Positions 8,709 through 20,600 of a DNA stretch of 48,158 nt are shown in pieces (within the stretch, counting starts at the first letter, position 1; every line of letters starts with the position of its first letter). The notes below the pieces were generated by a model, which ran no database searches, was not told where the DNA came from, and saw only the letters and a list, made by a program, of their open reading frames with translations. Source of the stretch: a virus (Duplodnaviria; Caudoviricetes); IMG/VR virus record IMGVR_UViG_3300005805_000133, positions 1-48,158 of that record; one strand, 5' to 3'. A program made the translations under genes and the position numbers.

Positions 8709-10789
8709 CAACAAATGAAACTAGGTCGCCGGGAAGATTACCGCATCCTGGGCCTTATATTGCAGAAGTTACCAATAACCTAGATCCTACTTATATGGGG
8801 TCCATGGAAGTTATTCTCCAAAAAAATCAAGCTATTCCTTCAGATTTACAAAGTAGAACGTTCATCGTTAAATGGACCAGTCCTTTTTTAGGTTACACAT
8901 CTGCAAAATATGAAGGTAATAACAGCAGCGACTTTAACGATGTGCAAAAGTCATATGGCATGTGGATGGTTCCTCCAGACGTAGGTACAAGAGTGTTAGT
9001 TGTATTTGTCCTAGGTAATGTCAGTGACGGATATGTTATAGCCTGTTTACCTGCCGAGTTTCAAAATCATATGATACCTGGTATAGCAGCCAGTGAACAA
9101 TCTTCTATTACCGCAGAGCAACAACGAAGATATGGAACTGAACTACTTCCTGTAGCTGAGATTCACAAGGGTAGCCAAACTTTAAATGAAATAAAAAATC
9201 CTTATTTTATAAAAAAAGCCGTACATCCATTTGCAGATAGACTGTTGGCACAGGGATTATTGCTAGACACAATAAGGGGAGTAACGTCTAGCGGAGCTCG
9301 CAGAGAAACTCCTAGTAGAGTATTCGGCATAAGCACACCAGGGCCACTAGATCCAGATGGTAAAAAAGGAAAACTAGGGTATGAAGGTAATAGACAGTTT
9401 CCAGTAAGTAGGCTAGGCGGTCACACCTTTGTAATGGATGACGGGGATTTTAATGGTGAAAATGAACTTGTTAGAATTAGGACAAGGACCGGGCACCAGA
9501 TTCTTCTGCATAACAGTCATGATTTAATCTATATTGCAAATAGCAAAGGTACTGCCTGGATTGAAATGACCAGTGACGGTAAGCTAGATATCTATGCGCA
9601 GGATAGTGTAAGTATTCATACAGAAGCAGATTTTAACTTTAGAGCCGACAGGGATATAAACCTTGAAGCAGGCAGAAACTTTAATTTAAAAGCAGGCAAT
9701 AATATCAATATTAATGCAGATGAAGACTTTAACCTATTGGTAGATAATCATGGACGAATAAAATGCGGTGGCGGACTAAATCAAAGTTCTAAAGAATCTA
9801 TAAAGTTTACCAGTCTTGCCAGTTTGCATCTTAAATCTAATGAAGATATATTAGCTACCAGTGCTGCTAGTATTAATCTTTTAAGCGAATCAGGTAATAA
9901 CTTTACAACTAATGGTGATACTAACATCAGTAGTGTAGGAAATATGACTTCCACTGCCAGTGAAATACATATGAACGGTCCTACAGCAGCTAAAGCCAGT
10001 TCAGCATCTGATGCAGAAGTCCCTACATCTTTACCTACATTTACATTACCTAATATAAGCAAAGATTTTGGATGGTCTAATGGTAACTTCTATAAAGCAG
10101 ACGATATAACCAGTATTATGCAAAGGGTTCCTACCCACGAACCTTGGCCGCAACATGAAAGCATCAATAAAGAACGTTTTAGCAAAGGTAATACTGATAG
10201 CTATGCAGGCACGACCAATGAAACTACTAGCAACCAACCATTACCTACACCTAACGCTGGTCAACCTAGTGAATGGGCAAAGGATGAAGATTTTATAAAC
10301 AAGGTAAAATCTGTAGCAGGTGCGTTAGGTTGTGATTATATCGACTTATTAGCCTGTATGTCATTTGAAACAGGCAGAACATTTGATCCTGCCAAGCGTA
10401 ATCCTAAGTCTAGTGCTACAGGACTTATACAGTTTATGGCTAGCACAGCACGTTCGTTAGGAACTACCACACAGTTTCTTGCTGGATTAACAAGAACACA
10501 GCAGATGGATTGGGTGTCTAAATATTTCAAAGCTGGCCCATTAGCTAGAGTGTCCGGTCCTAAGATAGAAGATTTATACATGGCTATACTTTATCCGGTA
10601 GCAGTAGGTAAGCCTAATGATTATGTTTTGTTTAGAGCAGGATCTGCCGAATATGCTGTCAATCCATTAGACAAAGAAGGCAAAGGATATGTAACAAAAG
10701 CTGATGCTGCGGTAAAAGTAAAGCAGCACCTTAGTTATGTCAGACAGGAAATAGCAAACTACGAAGCAAGAAAAGCTCAAAAAACTTAA
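8705..10789 (+). CDS. gp5: Baseplate central spike (gp5/VgrG-like) with a C-terminal lysozyme/transglycosylase-like domain
   Basis: OB-fold region (DP...G; MWMVPPDVG.RVLV.F), GH.FVMDDG and RTRTGHQI motifs, beta-helix repeats, then C-terminal MSFETG.TFDP..RN..SSATGLIQFM. Confidence 0.85.
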   Translation: MTTNETRSPGRLPHPGPYIAEVTNNLDPTYMGSMEVILQKNQAIPSDLQSRTFIVKWTSPFLGYTSAKYEGNNSSDFNDVQKSYGMWMVPPDVGTRVLVVFVLGNVSDGYVIACLPAEFQNHMIPGIAASEQSSITAEQQRRYGTELLPVAEIHKGSQTLNEIKNPYFIKKAVHPFADRLLAQGLLLDTIRGVTSSGARRETPSRVFGISTPGPLDPDGKKGKLGYEGNRQFPVSRLGGHTFVMDDGDFNGENELVRIRTRTGHQILLHNSHDLIYIANSKGTAWIEMTSDGKLDIYAQDSVSIHTEADFNFRADRDINLEAGRNFNLKAGNNININADEDFNLLVDNHGRIKCGGGLNQSSKESIKFTSLASLHLKSNEDILATSAASINLLSESGNNFTTNGDTNISSVGNMTSTASEIHMNGPTAAKASSASDAEVPTSLPTFTLPNISKDFGWSNGNFYKADDITSIMQRVPTHEPWPQHESINKERFSKGNTDSYAGTTNETTSNQPLPTPNAGQPSEWAKDEDFINKVKSVAGALGCDYIDLLACMSFETGRTFDPAKRNPKSSATGLIQFMASTARSLGTTTQFLAGLTRTQQMDWVSKYFKAGPLARVSGPKIEDLYMAILYPVAVGKPNDYVLFRAGSAEYAVNPLDKEGKGYVTKADAAVKVKQHLSYVRQEIANYEARKAQKT

Positions 10790-10797
10790 AATAAATA
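10790..10797 (+). promoter_or_regulatory. Putative late promoter for gp25
   Basis: AATAAATA, 5 nt before the ATG at 10803. Confidence 0.5.
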
Positions 10798-10802
10798 TAA
10801 AC

Positions 10803-11237
10803 ATGGCTTATAAGACAATAGAAATCAGTTCAGGCAAGACAGTTTCACAACAACCTAAAAAGAAAAGTCATTTTTATAAGGGTTATAGCACTGTCGCGTC
10901 CGCGACAAATGTACAATTATTTGATTTGGATCTCATAAAACAGGATATAATCAATCATTTCAAAACTAAAAAAGGAGAAAGATTAATGAATCCTGAGTTT
11001 GGAAGTGTTATATGGGATTTGATAATGGAGCCTTTAACTGAAGAAACTCGTGATATTCTAAAACAGGATATCAGCACTATTTGTACAAGTGATCCTCGAG
11101 TTACACCTACCCAACTTGATCTTACAGAATACGAAAATGGTTATATTTTGGAAATTACTTTATTATTGAACGGCACAGATCAGAGCACTAATATGAAACT
11201 AGTGTTTGATCAGAAAATTGGCTTGGCTGTTCAATAA
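10803..11237 (+). CDS. gp25: Baseplate wedge protein gp25
   Basis: T.KGER.MNPEFGS.IWDLI.EP and DPRV motifs. Confidence 0.9.
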   Translation: MAYKTIEISSGKTVSQQPKKKSHFYKGYSTVASATNVQLFDLDLIKQDIINHFKTKKGERLMNPEFGSVIWDLIMEPLTEETRDILKQDISTICTSDPRVTPTQLDLTEYENGYILEITLLLNGTDQSTNMKLVFDQKIGLAVQ

Positions 11238-11257
11238 TATACCATGTTTATAGCCCA

Positions 11258-11272
11258 AATAAATAAGGTATA
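11258..11272 (+). promoter_or_regulatory. Putative late promoter for gp6
   Basis: AATAAATAAGGTATA in the gp25-gp6 gap; shares the 13-mer with 4502-4514. Confidence 0.6.
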
Positions 11273-11284
11273 AACTACATTATT

Positions 11285-14200
11285 ATGATACCTGCTACCA
11301 ATAACAAACTGCTTGTAACTGAAGATTGGAAAAAAATATACCAATCCTTTCGCAATGCCGACTTTCAAAGTTATGATTTTGAAACACTAAGACGTACAAT
11401 GATACAGTATCTTCAGGAAAACTATCCTGAGGACTTCAATGATTTTATTGATAGCAGTGAATATATTGCACTTATTGACCTAATAGCTTACTTGGGGCAA
11501 AATCTAAGTTTTAGGATTGACCTAAATGCTAGAGAAAACTTTATAGAAACTGCTCAACGTAGAGATAGTATTCTAAGACTAGCACAGTTAATAAGTTATG
11601 TTCCTAGTAGAAATGTTGCAGGTTCTGGTTTCCTAAAAATCACTGCGGTATCGACTACAGATAATGTTATAGATAGTAATGGTATAAACCTAGCTAATGT
11701 AACAGTAGGATGGAATGATTCTACCAATGTAAACTGGTATGGACAATTTATAACGATTCTTAATAGTTCTATGGCGGGTTCATTTGCTTTTGGTAAGCCT
11801 TATGATAGAAAAACTATAGATGGTATATTGACAGAACAATATAGGATCAATAGTAGTAATAGAGATATTCCAGTTTTTTCCTTCGCTAAAAATATTAACG
11901 GAACATCAATGAACTTTGAGATAGTTCCTTGTAGTTTTAGTGGTAAGACATCAATATATGAAGAAGCGCCTCGACCAGGTGCTACATTTTCCTTTGTTTA
12001 TAAAAATGATAATCAAGGATCAGGTAGTCCCAACACAGGATTTTTTGCACATTTTAGACAAGGTGAACTAGCTCTAAGCAACTTTAGCATAGACAATCCT
12101 GTTGCCAATGAAATAGTAGGTATTAACACTGATAATATTAATAACACTGATATATGGTTATGGCAGTTAGACCAAGACGGCAACTATAATACTTTATGGA
12201 CCAAAGTTCAAGATCTAATAGGCAACAATGTTATATATAACAGCTTAGACAAAAATGAAAGAAACATTTATTCTGTTGCCACACGAGATAGAGATCAAAT
12301 AGATTTAAACTTTGCAGATGGCAACTTTGGTAATTTACCTAAAGGCACATTTAGATTATTTTATAGACAGAGTAATGGTTTAACCTACAGTATAAAACCT
12401 GAGCAAATGTCAGGAATAGTAGTAGAGGTTCCATATTTTAATAAGTTAGGTCAAAGTCATACTCTAACATTTACTCTTGCTTTACAATATACAGTTAATA
12501 ACGGAACTGCCACAGAATCAAATGTAAGTATTCAAAATAAAGCTCCTCAAAGTTATTATATTCAGAATAGAATGGTAACTGCTGAAGATTATAATATTGC
12601 TCCTTTAACCTTAGGAAGTGATGTAATAAAAGTTAAAAGTGTAAACAGAGTAAGCAGTGGAGTAAGCAAATATTTTGACTTGAGTGATGTAAGCGGAAAG
12701 TATAGTAAAACAAATATATTTGCAGCAGACGGAATACTATATCAAAACACTAATGAACAGAGTTTTGAATTTAGTTTTACAAATAGAAATGAAATATTTG
12801 CAGCTATTAAAAATCAGTTAGAGCCTATCATATCATCACAATCTTTAAAATCATTTTACTATGATCAATATTATAGACCAGAGTTATCTGATTTGTGTAC
12901 ATGGGTTGTGCCTGTTACAGGGCAAGCCAAAGGATATTTTGCCGATGCAGATGAAGCATTAAGTGTAGGAAGTTTTACATCTAATAACTTAAAGTTTGTA
13001 ACACCGGGGGCAATGATTAAGTTTGTTCCTCCTAGCGGAAAATATTTCACCAGTAACGGCAAACTAACAGCAAATGCTAGCCCTACTACATTAAGTTATA
13101 TTTGGACTAGAGTGGTACAGGTGGTGGGTGATGGTTCGAATACAGGACTTGGTGCGTTAGACGATGGAACAGGTCCTATTTTTCTAAGTAATATTATCCC
13201 AAACACTGCTATTCCAGCTGAAGTTATACCTAAGTTTGTAGATGTTTTTACATATGCTTTTGAAACTGAGCTGGTTAATCTTTGTCTCAATCAAAGAAAC
13301 TTTGGGTTATCTTTCAGTCAAAAAACTTATCAATGGAATATTATTTTAGATACAAATCTTGATTTAGTTAATCCTTTTAGCCTAACTAATCAGGGCAATG
13401 TAGATAATGTTAACCTTGATGCTAGTTGGTTAGTGGCATTTACTTGGACTGGAAAAAGTTATAAAGTTCGTCACAGACAAACAGATTATATTTTCGAAAG
13501 TGACAAAGAAACAGGATTTTTTGTAGATGAAAATACTGTGAACTTTGATTATACTTCTAATAGTGTTGTAAGAGATCAAATAAAAGTTCTAGCTATTAAT
13601 CAAAACCCTAATAGTTCTCAACAAGGTTTATCAAAAGATTATGTTTGGCAAATAGACAAATCTGTTGTAGAAGCAGATGGATTTGTTGAACCTAAAAAGG
13701 TCAAAATAAGTTTTTACGATAGGACTGAAACCGGAGAGATAGCAGATCCAGATGCATTTACTAATGTAGTTTCTCCTACTACAACAGGCACAGTTATTGG
13801 TCTAGATGGCTCTTGGCAAAAAAATAAGTTTGTGTATTTTAAAAAGATGGCAGACGGTCTAAGATATCAATTGGCAGATGCAGAAGATATCACTGCATAT
13901 TCAAATCCAGATAATGTTCCATTAACCGCTAGAACAGAAGGCGATTTGTATTATTTTTATGATGTAGATTTTAATGTTGTAAAACGATATAGTCTAATAG
14001 ATGCAGATGTAAGCGACCCGTGGGTGTATGAATCAGATTATACTGTATATCCAGGCCGTTCTAATCTTAAGTTTCATTATGTTCATAACAGTAGTGAAGA
14101 TAGACGAATAGATCCAAGTAAGAGTAATATTATTGACATATACCTATTAACTGCCGGATACGATACAGAATATCGTTCGTGGTTGTTGACTGGAGTAGGC

Positions 14201-14692
14201 ACTGAGCCTATGGCTCCTACCAGTCAAAGTCTTGAACAAAGTTACAGCGGAATTTTAGAACCAATTAAAACAATAAGTGATGAGCTAGTGTTTCAACCTG
14301 TAAAATATAAAGTATTATTTGGTTATCAAGCGTCGGAAAACTTACAGGCAACATTCAAAGCAGTAAAAAATACGTCTAGGCCAGTAAGTGACAACGAGAT
14401 TAAGAGTAGAGTTTTGACTGCTATTGAAGATTTCTTTAGATTAGAGAATTGGGATTTCGGTCAAACATTTTATTTTAGTGAACTTGTAACATATGTAATG
14501 AACATTATGACGCCGGATATTACCAACTTTGTTATAGTTCCTAAATCTAATAATGCATTTGGTAGCTTATATGAAGTTTCCTGTCTAAGTAATGAAATTT
14601 TTATTAATGGGGCGTCTGCCGCAGATATTGAAGTTATCGATGCAATAACTGCTTCGCAACTTAAGACTACAAACATCGTTAGTGGAACATAA
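11285..14692 (+). CDS. gp6: Baseplate wedge protein gp6-like (large form)
   Basis: DF..YDFETLR, LIDLIAY, E.FIETAQRRDSI.RLA..ISY.P, FADG.FG..P and QNRMVTAEDY motifs. Confidence 0.9.
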   Translation: MIPATNNKLLVTEDWKKIYQSFRNADFQSYDFETLRRTMIQYLQENYPEDFNDFIDSSEYIALIDLIAYLGQNLSFRIDLNARENFIETAQRRDSILRLAQLISYVPSRNVAGSGFLKITAVSTTDNVIDSNGINLANVTVGWNDSTNVNWYGQFITILNSSMAGSFAFGKPYDRKTIDGILTEQYRINSSNRDIPVFSFAKNINGTSMNFEIVPCSFSGKTSIYEEAPRPGATFSFVYKNDNQGSGSPNTGFFAHFRQGELALSNFSIDNPVANEIVGINTDNINNTDIWLWQLDQDGNYNTLWTKVQDLIGNNVIYNSLDKNERNIYSVATRDRDQIDLNFADGNFGNLPKGTFRLFYRQSNGLTYSIKPEQMSGIVVEVPYFNKLGQSHTLTFTLALQYTVNNGTATESNVSIQNKAPQSYYIQNRMVTAEDYNIAPLTLGSDVIKVKSVNRVSSGVSKYFDLSDVSGKYSKTNIFAADGILYQNTNEQSFEFSFTNRNEIFAAIKNQLEPIISSQSLKSFYYDQYYRPELSDLCTWVVPVTGQAKGYFADADEALSVGSFTSNNLKFVTPGAMIKFVPPSGKYFTSNGKLTANASPTTLSYIWTRVVQVVGDGSNTGLGALDDGTGPIFLSNIIPNTAIPAEVIPKFVDVFTYAFETELVNLCLNQRNFGLSFSQKTYQWNIILDTNLDLVNPFSLTNQGNVDNVNLDASWLVAFTWTGKSYKVRHRQTDYIFESDKETGFFVDENTVNFDYTSNSVVRDQIKVLAINQNPNSSQQGLSKDYVWQIDKSVVEADGFVEPKKVKISFYDRTETGEIADPDAFTNVVSPTTTGTVIGLDGSWQKNKFVYFKKMADGLRYQLADAEDITAYSNPDNVPLTARTEGDLYYFYDVDFNVVKRYSLIDADVSDPWVYESDYTVYPGRSNLKFHYVHNSSEDRRIDPSKSNIIDIYLLTAGYDTEYRSWLLTGVGTEPMAPTSQSLEQSYSGILEPIKTISDELVFQPVKYKVLFGYQASENLQATFKAVKNTSRPVSDNEIKSRVLTAIEDFFRLENWDFGQTFYFSELVTYVMNIMTPDITNFVIVPKSNNAFGSLYEVSCLSNEIFINGASAADIEVIDAITASQLKTTNIVSGT

Positions 14693-14694
14693 TA

Positions 14695-17600
14695 ATGGCT
14701 GAAAGGACAATCAAAAGCGTTAACCTATTACCAGAGTTTTTTAGAACAGAAAAGAACTCAAAGTTTTTAGCCAGTACAATAGATCAGCTTATACAACCTC
14801 CTAAACTTGAACGTTTAGACGGCTATGTTGGATCAACTGATACACCTAACTATAATTCTACCAGCGACATTTATATCGTAGAAAGTAGTCCGCTAAGACA
14901 AAACTATCAACTTGAACCGGCGCTAGTGGTAAAAGATAGCCTTGGGGAAGTTAAAGACGTAATCGGTATTGACGATTTAACCAATCAAATAGCTTACTAT
15001 AATGGTTCTGTGGATAACTTCGATAAGTTATATAATCCTAGTTTTTATTCATATGATCCACAGATTGATTTAGATAAGTTTGTAAACTATCAGCAATATT
15101 ATTGGTTAGTAAACGGGCCCGATGCTGTTACAATAACTGGAAGTCAACTTAATAGCACCAGCACATTTACAGTTATTGATAACAGTTTAGAAACAAGTTT
15201 CATTTTTACTCCCGACAGCTTAACTGAAGATCCTCTTTTAATTCTTTATAGAGGAAATACCTATCATTTTGAAGTTAATAGTGTCTACAATTTTTATATT
15301 AAAACTACTGCCAGCATAGGTGGCGACGATCAATACAACACCGGTATTACAAATAATGGAACTAGTACAGGAGTTATAACGTTCGTAGTTGACAATACTA
15401 CCCCTAATGTGTTATTTTACACCAGTGGAGAACAGGTTTTAAGTGGTGGAAGAATTGTTGTAAAAACTATTGCGGAAGATTCTAGAATAGATGTAGAAGA
15501 AGAAATACTAGGTAAGAAAAGCTATACATCTGGAACAGGAATAGCATTAACTAATGGACTGAAAATACGCTTTGGTGGTGAAGTTTACCCTACTTACTAC
15601 ATCGATAGAGAGTTTTATGTAGAAGGTGTAGGTGCGGCTATCAAACTTATTGCTTGTGAAGATTTAGAAGTTGCTGAAAACTTATCCAATGTTCACAAAG
15701 AAACTTTTGATGGAGAGTTATTCGATTCTTATGCGTTTGATAGCTCTACAAGTTTACCTATTAAACCAGAATACATTACTATTAACAGAAGTAGTAGAGA
15801 CCAAAATCCGTGGTCTAGGTATAACAGATGGTTTCACAAAGACGTTATTGATATAAGCGCAGATGCAAATAATGTAGAAGCAGTTTATCCTGCTGATAAA
15901 AGAGCTAATAGACCTATTATAGAATTTTATGCAGATTTAAAACTGTATAACTTCGGCAGTCTAGGACTAGGACCGGTAGATCTTATTGACACAGTTACTT
16001 TAGATGCTTTTAGTCTAGTAGAAGGTTCAGCTGGCCATCATGTTGATGGCATTTTGTTACAACAAGGCAACAGAGTAATATTCGCAGCCGACGAGGATGA
16101 TGAAGTACGTAATAAAATTTATAAGGTCAACTATCTAACTATAGACGGTAAACTAAGATTAGAACTTCAGCTAGATGGTTATCCAGTTAATGAATCTAAT
16201 GTTGTAGTTACCTCAGGTACCGAGTATAAAGGTACTAGTTGGTGGTTTGACGGTAGTAACTGGCAGTTTGCCCAACAACATACTAGCCTAAATCAAGCGC
16301 CTTTGTTTGACCTTTTTGACAAAGATGGTCTAAGTTATTCAGACGTTAGTCAAAAAAGTAGTTTTACAGGTAATCAAATATTTGGATATGAAGTAGGACA
16401 AGGATCTAATGATCCTGTGTTAGGGTTTCCTTTAAAATATAGAAACAGTTCTGGAGTAGGCAGTTACCTATTCAAGAACTACTTTTCTAATGATACAATA
16501 AGTCAAGCAGTTAGTTTTGATCAAACTATTTTTATTAGTACAGATAATACTTTTGTAAGATACAGTAAGTCGACCGGTCATGAATATACAAATGTTTGGA
16601 AAGATGTTGTAGCATATACAATACCTGATACAAATGGAGTATACGAACCGCCTTTAGGGCTTACTAATAATCCATTAAACGATAGGCTAGGGTCACTTAC
16701 CTTAAGTCAAATAAGTGATCATTTAGGTACAATGGTGGACAGAGCTCCTGATTTCCAAGGAGTATTTCCGGGTTCTAGTAATCTTCGTGATTTAACAGAT
16801 TTAATAAAATATGGAACACGCCTTGTTGCACACATTAATCCTATTTCGTTCGCTAGTTTTTTCATAGGTAAAAAAGAACATGATGTTATTGCTGCTTTAG
16901 ACCTAGCAGCAGATCAATATAATCAGTTCAAACTGGCATTTATAAACAAGATAGCAGATGCAAGTCAGTTAGGATCTCCGAGAAATGTAATAGATGCTGT
17001 GTTAACTGAATTGAATAATGACAAGGATTTATTAACACCTTATTACTACAGTGATATGGTAGGGTATGGAACTGATAAAGTTACAAGAACTTGGACAGTA
17101 GTTAATACTAGTAATACTATCTATCCTATAGGTGCTGATTTTACACTTACAGAACTATCTGCAAGATCTGTTCTAGTGTATCTGAATGGTGAGCAGTTAA
17201 CTTATGGATACGATTATACATTTATTGCTAATGACAGTTCAGTACAGTTCTTAATAAATTTAGAACTAGATGATGAAATAGTTATTGATGATTATATATC
17301 CACAGAAGGATGCTTCATTCCATCTACTCCTACTAAACTTGGAATTTATCCTAAATTTCAACCTAAAAAATATTTAGACACAAGTTATGTAGATGCCACT
17401 TACGTTATACAGTGTCATGATGGAAGTATTATAAAAGCCTATGATGATTACCGAGATGAACTTATACTAGAGTTAGAAAAAAGAATATACAATAATATAA
17501 AAGTTGAATATAGACCTGAAGTTTTAGATTGTAATCTTGCAAATATTGGTGGATTTAGAGATAATAAGTTTACATTTGCGCAAATAGAACGTATTATTAA

Positions 17601-20600
17601 TAAAGATTTTCTAAAATGGACCGCAGCCTACGGTATAAACCCGTATGATAATTCTTCATTCGATGAATATGAATCACGTACTTTTAACTTCTATCAATCT
17701 TATCTAAGTGTTATTGATAGTAACCTTAAAGGTTCGTGGAGATCAATATTTAAATTCCTTTATGATACAGATAGACCAAACATAGCACCTTGGGAAATGT
17801 TAGGATTTTCTCAAGAACCACTATGGTGGGAAGATGAATATGGACCAGCTCCTTATACATCAGGAAATGATATACTGTGGGAAGACTTAGAAGCAGGTCG
17901 TATTAGACAGGGTGATAGGCAAGGCATAGCTAGTTTTTATGCCAGACCTGGATTATCATCTATAGTTCCTGTAGACGATAGCGGTGATTTAATCGATCCT
18001 ATGCTATTAGCAGGCAATGTTACTGAAGCTAATAGAAGAAAACCATGGATTTTCGGCGATCAAGGACCAGCGGAAACTGCTTGGAGAAAAAGTAGTTATT
18101 GGCCCTTTGTTATACAAAAGATTTTAGCACTTACATCGCCTGCTAGCTATGCAAGTTTAATGTACGATCCTGCCAGATTAGTTTATAATCTGTCTAATCA
18201 GTTAGTATATTCTGTTTCTGATTCATTTTTAGATTTAAGAACTGTTTCGGTGTACAGACACACGTCTAACCTAGCTAGCGGATATGGTGTATATGTTGTA
18301 GAAGCAGGGCAACAACGAAATCGAGAATACATATCTAATCTTGTTAACGACTTAACATATGTTGATTTTAATTTATTTTATAAAGTTGGCGGGTTTATTA
18401 ATAAGTCTAAAACTCAGATTATCATTGATGCTATAGATCCTACAAGTTCAAGCCCTGGGGCAATTTTACCGCAGGAAGATTATAAACTTATTCTTAATAC
18501 AAGTAATGTAATAAAGTCAACTGCTCTTTCAGGTATAATAGTACAAAAACTAGAAGACAAGTTTGTTGTAAGAGGTTATGATAGTAAAGATCCTTATTTT
18601 ACGATGTATAGGCCGTTTAGGTCAAGCACTGGTCAGGCTATCACTGTTGGCGGAACGACCGAGCCATACGTTACATGGAAACCTCAATCTGCTTTAACTT
18701 CTGGGCAAGGCAGTCAACTTAGTGATGCAGAGTTGACAAATGCAGTTGCTTCATCTAGCACAATATATTATACTAAAGGTCAAATAGTTTTATATAAAAA
18801 TCAATATTATCGTACAAAGGTCACCCATAAATCTACAACAGAATTCGTTGAAGATTACTTTCAACGATTACAAGAGCTACCAATAAAGGGAGGTACAACT
18901 GTTCAAACTATCAGTAGATTTGAACAAGATTTGATAGTTATTCCTTACGGCACTGTGTTTAATACAGCACAGGAAGTTTATGACCTTATATTAGGTTATG
19001 GTAAATGGCTAGAGGGTCAGGGATTTATTTTTGATGATTTTAATACCGACCTTAACAGTGTTATTGATTGGAGTTTTACTGCTAAAGAGTTTTTATATTG
19101 GACCACACAAAACTGGTCAAGTAATAGTGTAATAACACTAAGTCCATTTGCTGATAAAATTAAGTTCAAGTTGTCTAACAGCGTCGTTGACGATATCTTC
19201 AACAGTTTTTATGAATATAGTTTACTACAGGCTAATGGTGTTCCTTTTCCAAAAGAAAATGTTTCTGTAAACAGAGAAGATGGTCTTTGCACTATAACAA
19301 CTTTATCTACTACGGATGGTATATATTATGTTAGATTAAACAATGTGCAAAAAGAACATGCTATTGTTTTTAATAACAGTACTATGTTTAATGATACCAT
19401 TTATGATATAGCATCTGGTTACAGACAGCGTAGAATGAAAGTTGTAGGATTTAGAACTAAAAACTGGGATGGTGATTTCTTCAGTCCTGGATTTTTATAT
19501 GATACGGCCTACATAACAAACTGGAAAAGTTATACAAACTATAAAAATGGTGACATTGTTAAGTTCGGTAGCAAATATTATTCTGCTAAAACAAATGTTA
19601 TAGGTACAGAAAAGTTTGATTTTAATAAATGGGTATTGCTAGGTGAAAGGCCTGTAGCTGATTTACTTCCAAATTTTGATTACAAGATTAATCAGTTTGA
19701 AGATTTTTACAGTTTAGATATTGATAACTTTGATGCTGCTCAACAAAAAATGGCACAGCATTTGATTGGTTATACTCCAAGAACATATCTTAATAACATC
19801 TTTACAAATCCAGTAAGCCAATATAAGTTTTATCAAGGATTTATTAGAGAAAAAGGCACAAGAAATGCAGTATCTAGGTTAGCTAAGGCAACATTAAGAA
19901 ACCTTCAAGGTGAAATAAACTTTACAGAAGAATGGGCGTTTCGTATTGGGCATTTCGGTAGTTTCGAAACATTTAAAGAATATGAGTTTCCATTAAAAGA
20001 GGGGCAGTTTATAGAAAATCCTCAGGTAATAAATTTTGTAGAAACTCAACCTACAGAGCCTAATGATTTAATATTTTATTCTACTGCTAGTGATAGATTA
20101 ATTGTTCCTGACAACTATGACTATTCTAAAACTTTTGTAACTACATCTAGCCAAGATGTATTTAAGTTACAGACAGCTGGCTATGTTAGATTTGATGATA
20201 TAGATATCACAGCTCTTAATCAAGATACTATTTTAGATATCGACAATAATAGAAATATTAAGCAGGGCGATTATGTATGGATAGCTTCAAAAAGGAATGG
20301 AGACTGGGATGTTTATAGATACACTCTAACTCCTGCTAGAATACTAAGCAGTTATATGGAACCTGCTACAGTTAATCAAATGACATTCATTACAAAAGGA
20401 ATGCATAGATTAGCAGTAGGAGACTTAGTTTCAATAAGTCAGTTTGACGAGCAGGTTAATGGTATATATCTTGTTACAGATATTCCTAAACTTAATAGAT
20501 TTACGATTGAATTTGTTCAAGATATTTTTATCAGTGAGATTGTTCCTACAAGTCCTGGATTATTATTCAAGTTTGAGGGCTGTAGATACGAAGATTTTGA

